NCBI GenBank assembly: GCA_050287845.1
Contig: JBNKCR010000045.1
Coordinates: 1-64,000 of the forward strand
DNA length: 64,000 bases
Reading direction: 5' to 3'
Source of the DNA: Polyangia bacterium
GTDB taxonomy: Bacteria > Myxococcota_A > Polyangia > JAAYKL01
In this document: one piece after another, positions 39,655 through 49,608 of the stretch
How positions within the stretch are numbered: position 1 is the stretch's first letter
Layout: every line of letters begins with the position of its first letter
The notes under the pieces: generated by a model
The model's database searches: none
Told to the model about the DNA's origin: nothing
What the model saw: only the letters and a program-made list of their open reading frames with translations
Program-made: the position numbers and the translations under genes

Positions 39655-40593
39655 TTGGCCACCATGGATGTGCTCAACGAATACACTCATCTTCAGAAAA
39701 CGCAAGTGGCAGCGGGAACAGTGGTGACCATCGGAAATTTTGACGGCGTCCACCGGGGACATCAGGCCATTCTGCGGAACTCCAGTTCCATCGCTCATGA
39801 AAAGCAGCTGCGGTTTGTTGTCTGCACATTTGAACCGCATCCGGCCGCCCTTTTTGCCAGAGGAAATGTTCCCGCGCGCCTGACATTTCCCGCCCGTAAA
39901 GCAGCGCTCCTCGCAGAAGTCTCCCCCGACCTGCTTCTGATTCAGAACTTCACCAGAGAGTTTGCCGGTATGGATCCCGCTCTCTTTGTTCATTCGGCAC
40001 TGGTTTCCGCAATGAACGCCAGGGTTGTCGTGGTGGGAAAAAACTTCCGGTTCGGAAAAGATCGCGCGGGGGATCTCGCCCTTCTTCAGGAAATGGGGCG
40101 GGAAAATGGGTTCGATGTCCTTGCGGAAAATCTATTGAGCACCACCGATGAAGTCATCTCCTCCACTCGAATCCGGGAACTCCTCTTTGCCGGAGACGTT
40201 GCCCTGGCGGCGGACCTGCTTGGCCGACATCACGAACTTCCGGGCATGGTGGTCCATGGTAAAAAGATGGGGGCTGTACTTGGATTTCCCACGCTCAATA
40301 TTGCGCCCGAGGATGTCCTTATCCCGGCCGATGGCATCTACGCGGCAACGGTTGACGTGGGCGCCGACCGCGATATTCCGGCCGCCGTTTATATTGGAGA
40401 TCGCCCCACCCTGCACCACGGATATTCCATAGAGGCGCATCTGCTCGATTTCAATCGCAATGTGTACAACGAACACGCAACCCTTCATTTTGTAAAAAGA
40501 ATCAGGGAAAACCGGCAATTTGATGATATCAAAGCGCTGCAATCACAGATCGTTAATGATATAGATATCATAAGAGAAATATTGGAGATATGA
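39655..40593 (+). CDS. ribF: Bifunctional riboflavin kinase / FAD synthetase
   Basis: TIGNFDGVHRGHQ, TFEPHP, VGKNFRFG, ISSTRIR, LGFPTLN, IEAHLLDF; the start may be 39664. Confidence 0.96.
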   Translation: MATMDVLNEYTHLQKTQVAAGTVVTIGNFDGVHRGHQAILRNSSSIAHEKQLRFVVCTFEPHPAALFARGNVPARLTFPARKAALLAEVSPDLLLIQNFTREFAGMDPALFVHSALVSAMNARVVVVGKNFRFGKDRAGDLALLQEMGRENGFDVLAENLLSTTDEVISSTRIRELLFAGDVALAADLLGRHHELPGMVVHGKKMGAVLGFPTLNIAPEDVLIPADGIYAATVDVGADRDIPAAVYIGDRPTLHHGYSIEAHLLDFNRNVYNEHATLHFVKRIRENRQFDDIKALQSQIVNDIDIIREILEI

Positions 40594-40597
40594 ATCC

Positions 40598-41122
40598 ATG
40601 AGTGAACACGATTCATCGGATGTTCCCTTTACGACAGTCGCCATGGCAGAAATTCTGATGATACAGGATTTGCTGAAAGAGGCAGCTGAAGTGATTGAAC
40701 GACTGGAATTGCTGCATCCTGACGATGAAAGAGTCAAAGCACTTCGCCAGCGAATGAGTCAGAAAATGGGGTTGGGACTGAAGTCTCAGACACCTGTTCC
40801 CCCGCAGAACAGCGACCGGATAGCACTCCAATTCATTGATGATCTGCTGCAGATTGAATGGGAGCTGACACCGGAAGGGTTGGACCTTGCCAAACGAACC
40901 GTCCGATATTCCGGCCACAGTATTGTTCGCCTGTTTTCTGCTGCGCCCGGGCCGCGAGGGGTGCGAACCTCAGTTCGGGATCTCTTTCTGGAGCTGGAGG
41001 TGGGCCGACAGGAAGTCTGCGGTACCGTCAGAGGAGCAGTGCACACGGCAGCAGTGGGATTCCTCGGGCGAAATGGCGCATTCATCCCCATGGCACGGGC
41101 ACTGCCCATTTCAGGATCCTGA
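40598..41122 (+). CDS. Hypothetical protein (TPR-like helix plus a possibly DUF4912-like domain)
   Basis: Tightly packed between ribF and trmL. Confidence 0.7.
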   Translation: MSEHDSSDVPFTTVAMAEILMIQDLLKEAAEVIERLELLHPDDERVKALRQRMSQKMGLGLKSQTPVPPQNSDRIALQFIDDLLQIEWELTPEGLDLAKRTVRYSGHSIVRLFSAAPGPRGVRTSVRDLFLELEVGRQEVCGTVRGAVHTAAVGFLGRNGAFIPMARALPISGS

Positions 41123-41656
41123 ATGACGAAACCTGAGAATACTTCGTGGAAAACCAGACTCCGCATGCCGACTCCGGAGCGCACAAACATTGTCCTGGTC
41201 AATCCGGAAATTCCCCAGAACACCGGAAACATCGCACGGTTGTGTGCGGCGACCGCATCTGATTTGCATCTGGTAGGAAACATCGGCTTCTCCCTCGACG
41301 AAAAAGCGGTACGGCGGGCTGGGCTCGATTACTGGCACCTGGTCAATGTCCGGACCCACGCCACTTTTTCGGACTGCCTCGACGCCATTGGCGGGCCGGC
41401 ACCAGTGCTTTTTTCCTCCCGGGCTACCCGGACTTACCTTCAGGCACCGTACGAAAAAGGCAACATTCTCGTTTTTGGCGCTGAAAGTGTCGGACTTCCG
41501 GAGGACATCCTCCATTCGTGGCCCGAACACCAATATGGGATTCCCACCATTTCACAATCCGTCCGGTCCCTCAATCTTGCCAACAGTGTGGCCATCGCAC
41601 TTTATAAATCCCTGGAGATGACCGGCGCTCTCGAACAATATATACTGGCACCATGA
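41123..41656 (+). CDS. trmL: tRNA (cytidine(34)-2'-O)-methyltransferase
   Basis: PEIPQNTGNIARLCA, RRAGLDYW, VFGAESVGLP, RSLNLANSV. Confidence 0.95.
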   Translation: MTKPENTSWKTRLRMPTPERTNIVLVNPEIPQNTGNIARLCAATASDLHLVGNIGFSLDEKAVRRAGLDYWHLVNVRTHATFSDCLDAIGGPAPVLFSSRATRTYLQAPYEKGNILVFGAESVGLPEDILHSWPEHQYGIPTISQSVRSLNLANSVAIALYKSLEMTGALEQYILAP

Positions 41657-42705
41657 ACAGAATTGGATTACTGGTGTTCATCACACTTATTTCCGGATAC
41701 GGCTGTCATCCGTCCGGGTCCCAACCGCCGCGGACCCTCGTAGAGACGCCGTCGAGCCATTCAGATGCTTCCCCGGTTCGCAGTGGTCCGGTGCAAGGTA
41801 CAGTGGCGTCGCTGGATACCGACCTTGCGGATACGGCCAACAATCTGGAACTTCTCGTGCAAAAAGATGCGCATACCGCCAGGGATATTCTGATTGCGGC
41901 CCTGCATTCCCGGATTCCCTCTGTGGCATCATGGGCGGCCGTTTATGTGCGACTGCTCCGCGTAGATGCCCCGGCCCCGGAGATTCGCAACGGTCTTATG
42001 ACCGGCGCCCGAAGCGACGAATTGCTGCTGCAGGCGTTGTGCCTCCGATGGCTGGTTCTCGATTCAGAAACGCTGCCCAACATCAAAAACGAACTGACAG
42101 ACCCGGTGCATCAGCTGTTCTTTGCGCTGGGACAGCTGGCACACCACCTGGCCGTGCCGGGAGAGCGCATCACCGAAGCCTTGACGGTTGGCAAAGCGGT
42201 GCAGTTTTACGGTGAAAAAGTGCCATTGAACACCCTTCTCCTACAGACCGCCCCCTTCGACGATGGTCCCCTGGCCCTGGCGATTGCATTTGTCAATGCG
42301 AGACGCATGGAAATTGCCACCAGCGTTGAAGGCGTTCAGGTACCGCTCAGTGCCCACTACAGACAACTCCTGCTGGAAAAGTATCATCTGAAACTCCAGG
42401 AAAATGGTATGACCGGGCCGGACAGTCCACAAAATGAATTTACCTTTTCGGGCACCCGCCTTCACACTCTCCTCGAGAATCCGCTGTACGGACAACCATT
42501 GAATGTGCTGCGCAATGCCATCCTGTCCGGAAAGCATACTCTGGGCATCGACGCCCTTCGAGGTCTGGCAGCGACGGCGCTGCAGCCTGAAGTTGCTGAT
42601 TTTGCCGCCACCGCCACTGCACTTCAGAGCGATGACGCGCAGACTCGCGTGGAGGCCGCCCGAACCTATCTGCTGCTGGTTGCCAGAGCAACGAGAAAGG
42701 ATTGA
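41653..42705 (+). CDS. Hypothetical lipoprotein (helical, HEAT-like)
   Basis: Lipobox GYGC; overlaps the trmL stop by 4 bp (ATGA). Confidence 0.7.
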   Translation: MNRIGLLVFITLISGYGCHPSGSQPPRTLVETPSSHSDASPVRSGPVQGTVASLDTDLADTANNLELLVQKDAHTARDILIAALHSRIPSVASWAAVYVRLLRVDAPAPEIRNGLMTGARSDELLLQALCLRWLVLDSETLPNIKNELTDPVHQLFFALGQLAHHLAVPGERITEALTVGKAVQFYGEKVPLNTLLLQTAPFDDGPLALAIAFVNARRMEIATSVEGVQVPLSAHYRQLLLEKYHLKLQENGMTGPDSPQNEFTFSGTRLHTLLENPLYGQPLNVLRNAILSGKHTLGIDALRGLAATALQPEVADFAATATALQSDDAQTRVEAARTYLLLVARATRKD

Positions 42706-42708
42706 AGC

Positions 42709-43854
42709 ATGCCCCGCATAGCACCACAGGTTCAATTCAAATGGCCCACCTGTCTGCTATTCTTTATCATTGGCGCGGTTCTGTTTTCCGGTTGTCATCG
42801 GACCATCCGCGCACTTGATCCGCATTCATTCCGAAGTGAAATTCACCTGCAACCATTCCGGATGACCGCGGGAAATCCGTACGCCTACGAAAATAAAATC
42901 CGCGGAGACATTCTGTTGGCGCGTGGGCAAACCCGGGAAGCCGTAGCGGCATTTCAGGCCGCCGCCGCCGCTGATCCATCCGATCCCTGGCTTCAGGTTC
43001 AATACGGGGAAGCACTCCTGGCTCAGAATGATTTGGAACGGGCCCGCATTCACCTGGCCAAGGCCATCCAGTTCGGGCCCGCCAATGGAAGAGCCTGGAC
43101 CGCAGTCGCCCGACTGCATCATCGCCTCGGCGAGAATCAGAGTGCTGTTGCCGCTGCGTCTTTCGGCGCGCAGATTGACCGGCACGATACATCGTCACTC
43201 TTTTGGCTGGGCAACTATTTTGCCGCTGAACCCGGCGAGCCATCGCATAAAAAAGCGCTACTGTACTATCAACGCGCCCTGGTTCGAAATCCAACCGATT
43301 CGGAACTGTATCTGGCGGCCGGCAAAATATCTTTGCGATTGCAACATATCGATCTGGCGGAACGGTACCTTGGCAAGTATCTGGAGCGTAACGGAAAAGA
43401 AGTGGACCCCATCTTGAATGCGGCAGAGCAGTTTGCCCAAAAGGGGTATCCCCGGAAAGCCATTGAAATTCTCCAACAGGTGCAGCGTCGCAATCCGCTT
43501 TCGGACGATATTCGCAGACAACTTGTTACACTTTATCTGCAGACCCATCAGTACCCCGAAGCGGTCGTCACCATTCTGGCCTTTTTCGAGGAACCCGACA
43601 CGCCGGAGCTGATTGAGGAAAGAATAAATTGGTTGCTGGAGGCGCTCGCCCCGTGGGAAGCGCGGAACCTTCTGGTGGAACATTTCAGTCCGTTTCCCAC
43701 CCACCCGTTGATTCGCTACCATCTGGCGCGAATCGAAGCTATCCTCCTGCGAAACGAAATCGCGCTGGCATTATTGGACTTTAAAAGCGAGGTTCCCGAG
43801 CCGCTGGCCCAAAAAGCAAAAGAGTTGAAGGAAAAACTGAAGGTGCAAAAATAG
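42709..43854 (+). CDS. Tetratricopeptide-repeat lipoprotein
   Basis: Lipobox FSGC; multiple TPR-like repeats. Confidence 0.8.
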   Translation: MPRIAPQVQFKWPTCLLFFIIGAVLFSGCHRTIRALDPHSFRSEIHLQPFRMTAGNPYAYENKIRGDILLARGQTREAVAAFQAAAAADPSDPWLQVQYGEALLAQNDLERARIHLAKAIQFGPANGRAWTAVARLHHRLGENQSAVAAASFGAQIDRHDTSSLFWLGNYFAAEPGEPSHKKALLYYQRALVRNPTDSELYLAAGKISLRLQHIDLAERYLGKYLERNGKEVDPILNAAEQFAQKGYPRKAIEILQQVQRRNPLSDDIRRQLVTLYLQTHQYPEAVVTILAFFEEPDTPELIEERINWLLEALAPWEARNLLVEHFSPFPTHPLIRYHLARIEAILLRNEIALALLDFKSEVPEPLAQKAKELKEKLKVQK

Positions 43855-43912
43855 ATTGAATCAATGATCAAGTGGCGGAAAGGCGAAACTGTTGCTGTCC
43901 CTTCGATGCGGC

Positions 43913-45085
43913 TTACAGGGGAACCGCTGTCCACATCATTGTGGTGGACACACATGCGTCAGAACAGAACCCAAGCTGCAACAGCAATAATTGATGGGCT
44001 TCATCTGCGTATACCTCCCGAATCATTGGTCTGGTGATACATGTTTTGTCTCCAGCGGGAAGCCATTTCTGCCCATCCACCACAACCGAGGCCGCTTCTT
44101 CAGTGGCGGCAACCGTCAGGCGGGTGCCGGCATAGGTAAGCATACGGTCCAGCACTGAGAACTGTTGCGCCTTTTCACAACGGGCCAATTTTTTTTTCGT
44201 CTCCACCGCCACCTTCTTCGCCGGTTCCCACTTACCGACCACCAATGTCTGATGAATATATTTAATGCGTTTATCCAGAAGTCTCGCGGCTTCGCGATAG
44301 TTCATTTTTCCCGATATAATCCGTTCGCCCTCCGGCCGAAACAGAATGCGTTTGGCACTCAGACGCTCCCCCGTGTTCGCATCCAGAGTCTGTAACGTCG
44401 CACTGGTAATTCGGCCACCTTTATCTTTTCCCAGGCTGGCGGCAATCACCCGGGTGCCATCAGCGGATACTGCCGGCAACCCCTGAAAGGTGAGTTCTAC
44501 CCGTTGCTTTTTCAGCGCATCTTTGTCGTACCCGACCCAGTTTGCTGCAGCCATCGCCTTTTCCATTCGCGCTGCCGGGCCATCCACCAAATCGGCGAAT
44601 GCGGGGTTGGAACCGAATATGCGGAAGGCTTCATTCCGGCTGGCCCTTGCCAGAAAAGAAAAACAGCCCGGACAATTCCCGGCATCTCCAAATTGCTTTA
44701 AAATGGCAAGCGCCTCGCCCCCTCGCTTTCTCTGAGCCAATGTGACTGCCAATTGATACCTTGATTCCAAATTTCCTGCATCGTCCACCACTGCGGCAAT
44801 CAGCTCGGCAAGGGCCTCGTCGGGTTTGCCATCACTGCGCAGCTCGATTCCTTTATAATAGTGCTTGAGTGCACTCAACCGCTTCTTTTCTGTTACGTCC
44901 AACGTCGTCGTCAGCTTTGGAATTCTCTCAGGAACTTTTTTGGTTTTTTTTTCAACCGCGGCCTTCGGGGATTCTTTCGCAATCGCATCCGATGGTGTAC
45001 TGCCCTGATTTTCCTTCCGAGATTTACAGCAAACCATTGAAACTGCCAGGATGACAGGCAGAAGCAGAATCACTGATTTTTTCAT
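43913..45085 (-). CDS. TPR-containing lipoprotein
   Basis: Lipobox-like MVCC; TPR segment (HYYKG...ALAEL...RYQLA). Confidence 0.75.
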   Translation of the reverse strand: MKKSVILLLPVILAVSMVCCKSRKENQGSTPSDAIAKESPKAAVEKKTKKVPERIPKLTTTLDVTEKKRLSALKHYYKGIELRSDGKPDEALAELIAAVVDDAGNLESRYQLAVTLAQRKRGGEALAILKQFGDAGNCPGCFSFLARASRNEAFRIFGSNPAFADLVDGPAARMEKAMAAANWVGYDKDALKKQRVELTFQGLPAVSADGTRVIAASLGKDKGGRITSATLQTLDANTGERLSAKRILFRPEGERIISGKMNYREAARLLDKRIKYIHQTLVVGKWEPAKKVAVETKKKLARCEKAQQFSVLDRMLTYAGTRLTVAATEEAASVVVDGQKWLPAGDKTCITRPMIREVYADEAHQLLLLQLGFCSDACVSTTMMWTAVPL

Positions 45086-45244
45086 TTCCAGTACCTCTTA
45101 TTCCTTTCCAGTCTCACTGCCCGGTCTATCCTGGATGCATGTTTTCTTCCAGATGAACCCGCTGCATCAATGCGCCACGGGGTGCAACCGGAAGACCAAC
45201 AGATGTCAGGAGTATACAAAAGAAAAGCAGCGATGACTACAGGA

Positions 45245-47083
45245 CTATTTTCGTCCGCGATTTCTCACGCGACCAACGAAGGCCTCCAGATCGCGGGCGC
45301 GATCCTTGTATGTGGATTGACGCGCGAAATCGGCGTACACTTCCTTGATTTTTGCCACGAGTTTGTCACCACCTTCCGGAGCGAGTAAATCGAGTGCGCG
45401 AATGGAGGCGGACAGCGCCACCTTGGAAGGATTGTTCAGATTGTCGACAAGTACATCCACAATTTTCTGACGCGCTCCCGAATTATCCCGTCCCAGTCTG
45501 AATGCGCTCAGTATCGCGCGTTCAATATTTTTATTGGTATGGTCGCCAACGGTTTTCAGGTAGCAGTCAACATTCTCACCGCACTCCTCACCGTACTTAA
45601 TGCGATCCTTATATCCCTCGATGCGCGTTTTCATCACTTCACATTCGTTGCGCACCTGTTTTTCCTCCTCCGGAGAACCCTCGCCCTGCAACCGCTCTTT
45701 TACAATTTTATCGCAATCAATTTTGCTGATGGCTTTATCCATCGGCTTGAAAAACTGTTTGCCGCACATGAGAGATGCATTGTAAAACAACTTGTCCCGC
45801 AAAGAATCGTCGACTCCGTTGACGGCCTTCAGCATCAGTGGACAGGCCTTGGCGGGAATCAACAACAAGCCCATGGCCCTGAAATATCCAACGGCTTCTT
45901 CGAGCGGAATTTCAATTTTTCCGCGCTTCAAGTCGATTCGATTTACCAGTTCGTCCATAATCTGAGTCTGGTCAAGTTCTCCCAGCGCCACCGCTGCCCA
46001 GTTGCGACGCATCTGCGCCCACCCTTCGGCATTCTCCATCTGAACCTGCAGTTCAAGCGACATGGCCTTGTTGTCGAGGGCATCCGGTTCCTTATGATTG
46101 AACTCGCTCATCAGGAAATTCACCGCCTCCGGCGAAGCATACATCAGCTGCCCCAGAAATGTTATCGCCTGCTGAATGAACCACAGGGGATTTTTCATCA
46201 ATGGATCGGACTGGAGCTCCGCGGCGTAGGCTTTATTGAATGCCTGATCCTGCCCCTTTGCAAACGCAAGGATAGCCTTTACAACGGCGTCCCGATTGTG
46301 AATCTGCTGCAAGGAGGCAAATGCGATGGTTCCCAGACCGATGGGCTGACGAACACCTTTTTGGGCAATACCTCGAATCAGAACAGGGATCGCCTTTTCA
46401 TCCCCGATTCGCCCCAGGGCTTTCATTGCCTTCATGTTCAGGCGAAGTTCCTGCATGGTATCCGGTGTGTCCGTAATCATTATCAGTGCGTCCACCACCT
46501 GCCCCTCCTGAGCAGCGTCCGGATGCTCCACAATAATTGCGGCAGCCGCTGAAATGAATGACTGAACGATTTCGTTCTCCGGTGCCGTAAATGGTGCCCC
46601 CTGCCGAGAATCCCGGGCGGACTTGACCTTGTTCCATGCGGCGAGAAGCGCCGGAAGCGCCTCCGTCACTTTTTGACGCTGTACGGCATTGGCTGCAACG
46701 GTGAACATAGCGGAGTCAGAGGTGTTTTCAAGTGTCAAACCAGCGATAAAAACGCTATTGGCCGCCGGATCCCGCATCTGTGCCAGCAGTTCCACAATGA
46801 TCTTCCGGTTCGCCGGGTCACGGTCAAACGCGTTGAACGCCTCAATCAGCCCCGGAACGAAGACATTGGTCACTTCCTTCACCTTGGCGTTCTGCAGGTC
46901 ATTGCCGTTTTCCTGCATGGTTTTGCTGAATATATCCTGAATGTTTTTCAGGGCTTTCTCCCGCCAGGGGCGGTCATAGAGTAAATCGATGTTATACTGC
47001 GGATCTTCTTCATCCCGACAGCCGATAACGAACAGCGATGCGACCGTTACAATAAGTAACAAAAGAAAGGGGATGCGCTTCAT
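45245..47083 (-). CDS. HEAT-repeat lipoprotein
   Basis: Lipobox VIGC; AMKALGRIGDEKAIPVLI and AAVALGEL HEAT motifs. Confidence 0.8.
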   Translation of the reverse strand: MKRIPFLLLLIVTVASLFVIGCRDEEDPQYNIDLLYDRPWREKALKNIQDIFSKTMQENGNDLQNAKVKEVTNVFVPGLIEAFNAFDRDPANRKIIVELLAQMRDPAANSVFIAGLTLENTSDSAMFTVAANAVQRQKVTEALPALLAAWNKVKSARDSRQGAPFTAPENEIVQSFISAAAAIIVEHPDAAQEGQVVDALIMITDTPDTMQELRLNMKAMKALGRIGDEKAIPVLIRGIAQKGVRQPIGLGTIAFASLQQIHNRDAVVKAILAFAKGQDQAFNKAYAAELQSDPLMKNPLWFIQQAITFLGQLMYASPEAVNFLMSEFNHKEPDALDNKAMSLELQVQMENAEGWAQMRRNWAAVALGELDQTQIMDELVNRIDLKRGKIEIPLEEAVGYFRAMGLLLIPAKACPLMLKAVNGVDDSLRDKLFYNASLMCGKQFFKPMDKAISKIDCDKIVKERLQGEGSPEEEKQVRNECEVMKTRIEGYKDRIKYGEECGENVDCYLKTVGDHTNKNIERAILSAFRLGRDNSGARQKIVDVLVDNLNNPSKVALSASIRALDLLAPEGGDKLVAKIKEVYADFARQSTYKDRARDLEAFVGRVRNRGRK

Positions 47084-47349
47084 GAAAACACCTTTGTCTT
47101 TCTGCGCGAAAAATGCGCGACTTGTTTTCGCTACCTTTTTATAAATAGTAAATTATCTAAAAAAAACAGTCGTTTGTATAAAAATAACGAAGCAGCAGTA
47201 TAAGTTGAAGCGTTTTGAGTGTCAAGGAACCACCTGATGGAGTTTCAATTATAATGTATTTAAGTACACAACGCGATATAAACAGCACTTGTAAATGGTC
47301 ACAGTTCCGGCGTAAGATAAGGTGGAATACATGAAGGTGCCACACCCAC

Positions 47350-47742
47350 ATGGCTACCAATGAAAGGACATTCGTGGAACCCAAACAACTCGCACTTGAA
47401 ATAGCCAAGGCCGCACTCGACAAACATGCGGATGCACTGGAAATCATCAACGTCACCGGAAAATCATCTTACGCGGATTTTATTGTCATCTGCTCCGGAC
47501 GCTCGACCCGTCAGGTGGAGGCCATCGTTGATGGTGTTCACAGCGAACTGAAAAAGAAAGGCGTTCATCCGCTGGGCTTCGAGGGAAGGCAGTACTGTCA
47601 ATGGGTGCTTGTTGACTTCGGCGATGTGGTCTTTCATGCTTTTGAAGACACCAAACGCGGGTTTTATGATTTGGAGGGTCTCTGGATTGACGCCGAAAGA
47701 CTTCCCACCTCTTTGCTTTCCCGTATGGAATCTTCCAACTGA
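47350..47742 (+). CDS. rsfS: Ribosome silencing factor
   Basis: DKHA...ADFIVICSGRSTRQVEAI, WVLVDFGDVVFH, RGFYDLEGLW. Confidence 0.95.
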   Translation: MATNERTFVEPKQLALEIAKAALDKHADALEIINVTGKSSYADFIVICSGRSTRQVEAIVDGVHSELKKKGVHPLGFEGRQYCQWVLVDFGDVVFHAFEDTKRGFYDLEGLWIDAERLPTSLLSRMESSN

Positions 47743-47745
47743 ACC

Positions 47746-48186
47746 GTGCAGTTTCATATTCTCAGTGAAGGACGGGAAAATGCGGATCCGACCGCGCCCC
47801 TGGTGGCAGACTACATCGCGCGGATTGGCAAATTTTTCCCGATTACCGATTCCGTCGTTCGCCCCGGCAGCAAGAATGGTCTGATTTCGAAAAGCCGGCA
47901 ACTCATATCCAGGGGAATGCTCCCTGTTGCCCTGGATGAACGGGGCCGGGAATACACGTCCGCACAGTTTTCGACCCAATTGACCGACTGGATTTCCGTT
48001 TCTCCCGGTGGCATCGTTTTCATCATCGGTGGCGCAGAAGGGCTTCCTGCTTCACTGCTGCAACTGGCACGTTCTTCCATTGCACTTTCCCGGATGACAC
48101 TGCCTCACCGGATGGCCCGCCTGTTTCTCGCTGAACAGATTTACCGCGGTCTGTGTATCCAACGGAATATTCCCTACCACAAGTGA
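47746..48186 (+). CDS. rlmH: 23S rRNA (pseudouridine1915-N3)-methyltransferase
   Basis: ALDERG, FIIGGAEG, LSRMTLPHRMARLFLAEQIYR, PYHK; follows rsfS. Confidence 0.93.
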   Translation: MQFHILSEGRENADPTAPLVADYIARIGKFFPITDSVVRPGSKNGLISKSRQLISRGMLPVALDERGREYTSAQFSTQLTDWISVSPGGIVFIIGGAEGLPASLLQLARSSIALSRMTLPHRMARLFLAEQIYRGLCIQRNIPYHK

Positions 48187-48308
48187 ATGCCCCGGAACTC
48201 CGAATGCATTTGCCGCAATGGGTCCGCCATCCCATCGCACAGACAGGGCTTCTGATTATCGAAAAAATCCTTGGAAAAGATAAATAAATGGTGCCATAAT
48301 TAAGCACT

Positions 48309-48542
48309 ATGGACATAGAAAAACGCACATGGATGATTCGCTCAAACAATGGAGAAACCCAGGGCCCATTCAATGAGAATGAGTTCCAGGAGAAACTGCG
48401 TGCCGGAGAAATTCCGTTTTATTATCACCTGAAAAGCAATCACATGAACGAATGGAAACCACTTCTGGATGTGGTGAGCACTGATGAAACCTTTCGTCGC
48501 CCGTCTACCCTGCCTCCCACTGATCCGGAAAAACTGAACTGA
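48309..48542 (+). CDS. Small GYF_2 (DUF4339)-like domain protein
   Basis: WMIRSNNGETQGPF...LRAGEI...MNEWKPL. Confidence 0.65.
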   Translation: MDIEKRTWMIRSNNGETQGPFNENEFQEKLRAGEIPFYYHLKSNHMNEWKPLLDVVSTDETFRRPSTLPPTDPEKLN

Positions 48543-48567
48543 CAACCCCGGTTTCGTAAAGTACCAG

Positions 48568-49407
48568 ATGCTGCTGCGAATATTTACGCTCTGTGATAAT
48601 GTGGCCACGTTCGGATACACTGCAGAATGGGGGCTCGCCGTCCTGGTGGATACCGGAAGTTTCCGATTTCTTCTGGATACGGGAATGACCGATATTGCCG
48701 CACGGAACGCGGTTCTGTCCCACACGAATTTGACCACTGTCGATGCCATCATCCTCAGCCACGGTCATTGCGACCATACGGGCGGACTGAAACACATTCT
48801 GCCACTTTGTGGCAGCAAACCGGTCTATGCCCATCCTGATATTTTTCGCCACAGGTTCACGTTGCGGCACCCACCCCGAAAACTCGATATTTCTCTCCCG
48901 GACGCCAGGGAGAAACTGGAAGCACTGGGGGCTCGATTCGAGCTGATTCCCGCGTTCATGGAAATCGCCAAAGGCATCTTCATCAGTAGCGAAGTCCCCA
49001 TGTCCAGCCACTTCGAGAAGATTGACGAAGGCCTTGTGACTCCCGATAGCTCCGGCGAGCTGGTTCCCGATCCGTTGCGGGACGATCTGTCTGTCGCCGT
49101 ATCAACCCCCCGAGGCCTGTTTGTCTTTTCCGGTTGTGCGCACCGGGGCATCATCAATATCGTGCGGCATTTTCAGAACATGACCGGAGAATCCCGGATA
49201 TACGGTATCCTTGGCGGACTTCATCTGAGCAGAGCGGATGACGAACACATCTCTGAAGTCGAGAGGTTTCTGAGGGATACCGATGTGCGAAAAGTGGCGT
49301 GTTCCCATTGTACCGGTGTACGTGCGTCCTGCAAACTCCACAAAGCATTTCCGGATAGATTCATTTTCAATACTTCCGGAAAAAAACTGGTTTTCAATAT
49401 CGATTGA
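48568..49407 (+). CDS. MBL-fold metallo-hydrolase
   Basis: EWGLA, LLDTG, LSHGHCDHTGG, SGCAHRG, GGLHL, HCTG. Confidence 0.9.
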   Translation: MLLRIFTLCDNVATFGYTAEWGLAVLVDTGSFRFLLDTGMTDIAARNAVLSHTNLTTVDAIILSHGHCDHTGGLKHILPLCGSKPVYAHPDIFRHRFTLRHPPRKLDISLPDAREKLEALGARFELIPAFMEIAKGIFISSEVPMSSHFEKIDEGLVTPDSSGELVPDPLRDDLSVAVSTPRGLFVFSGCAHRGIINIVRHFQNMTGESRIYGILGGLHLSRADDEHISEVERFLRDTDVRKVACSHCTGVRASCKLHKAFPDRFIFNTSGKKLVFNID

Positions 49408-49608
49408 ATGACCAGCGAAGGCATCGCAAACCACTTAAAATTGCAACTATCCGATATTACAAAATAATTCGTCAAATTTTACAATTCAAATAAACAAAAA
49501 ACCTCGGAATACTGTTTATTTTAAATCATCGCATTCCCATTTTTAGAGTTGAAGTATATAAGCAAGTACCTATTATCGCGACGATTATCGCCACGAAAGG
49601 AGCGTGAC

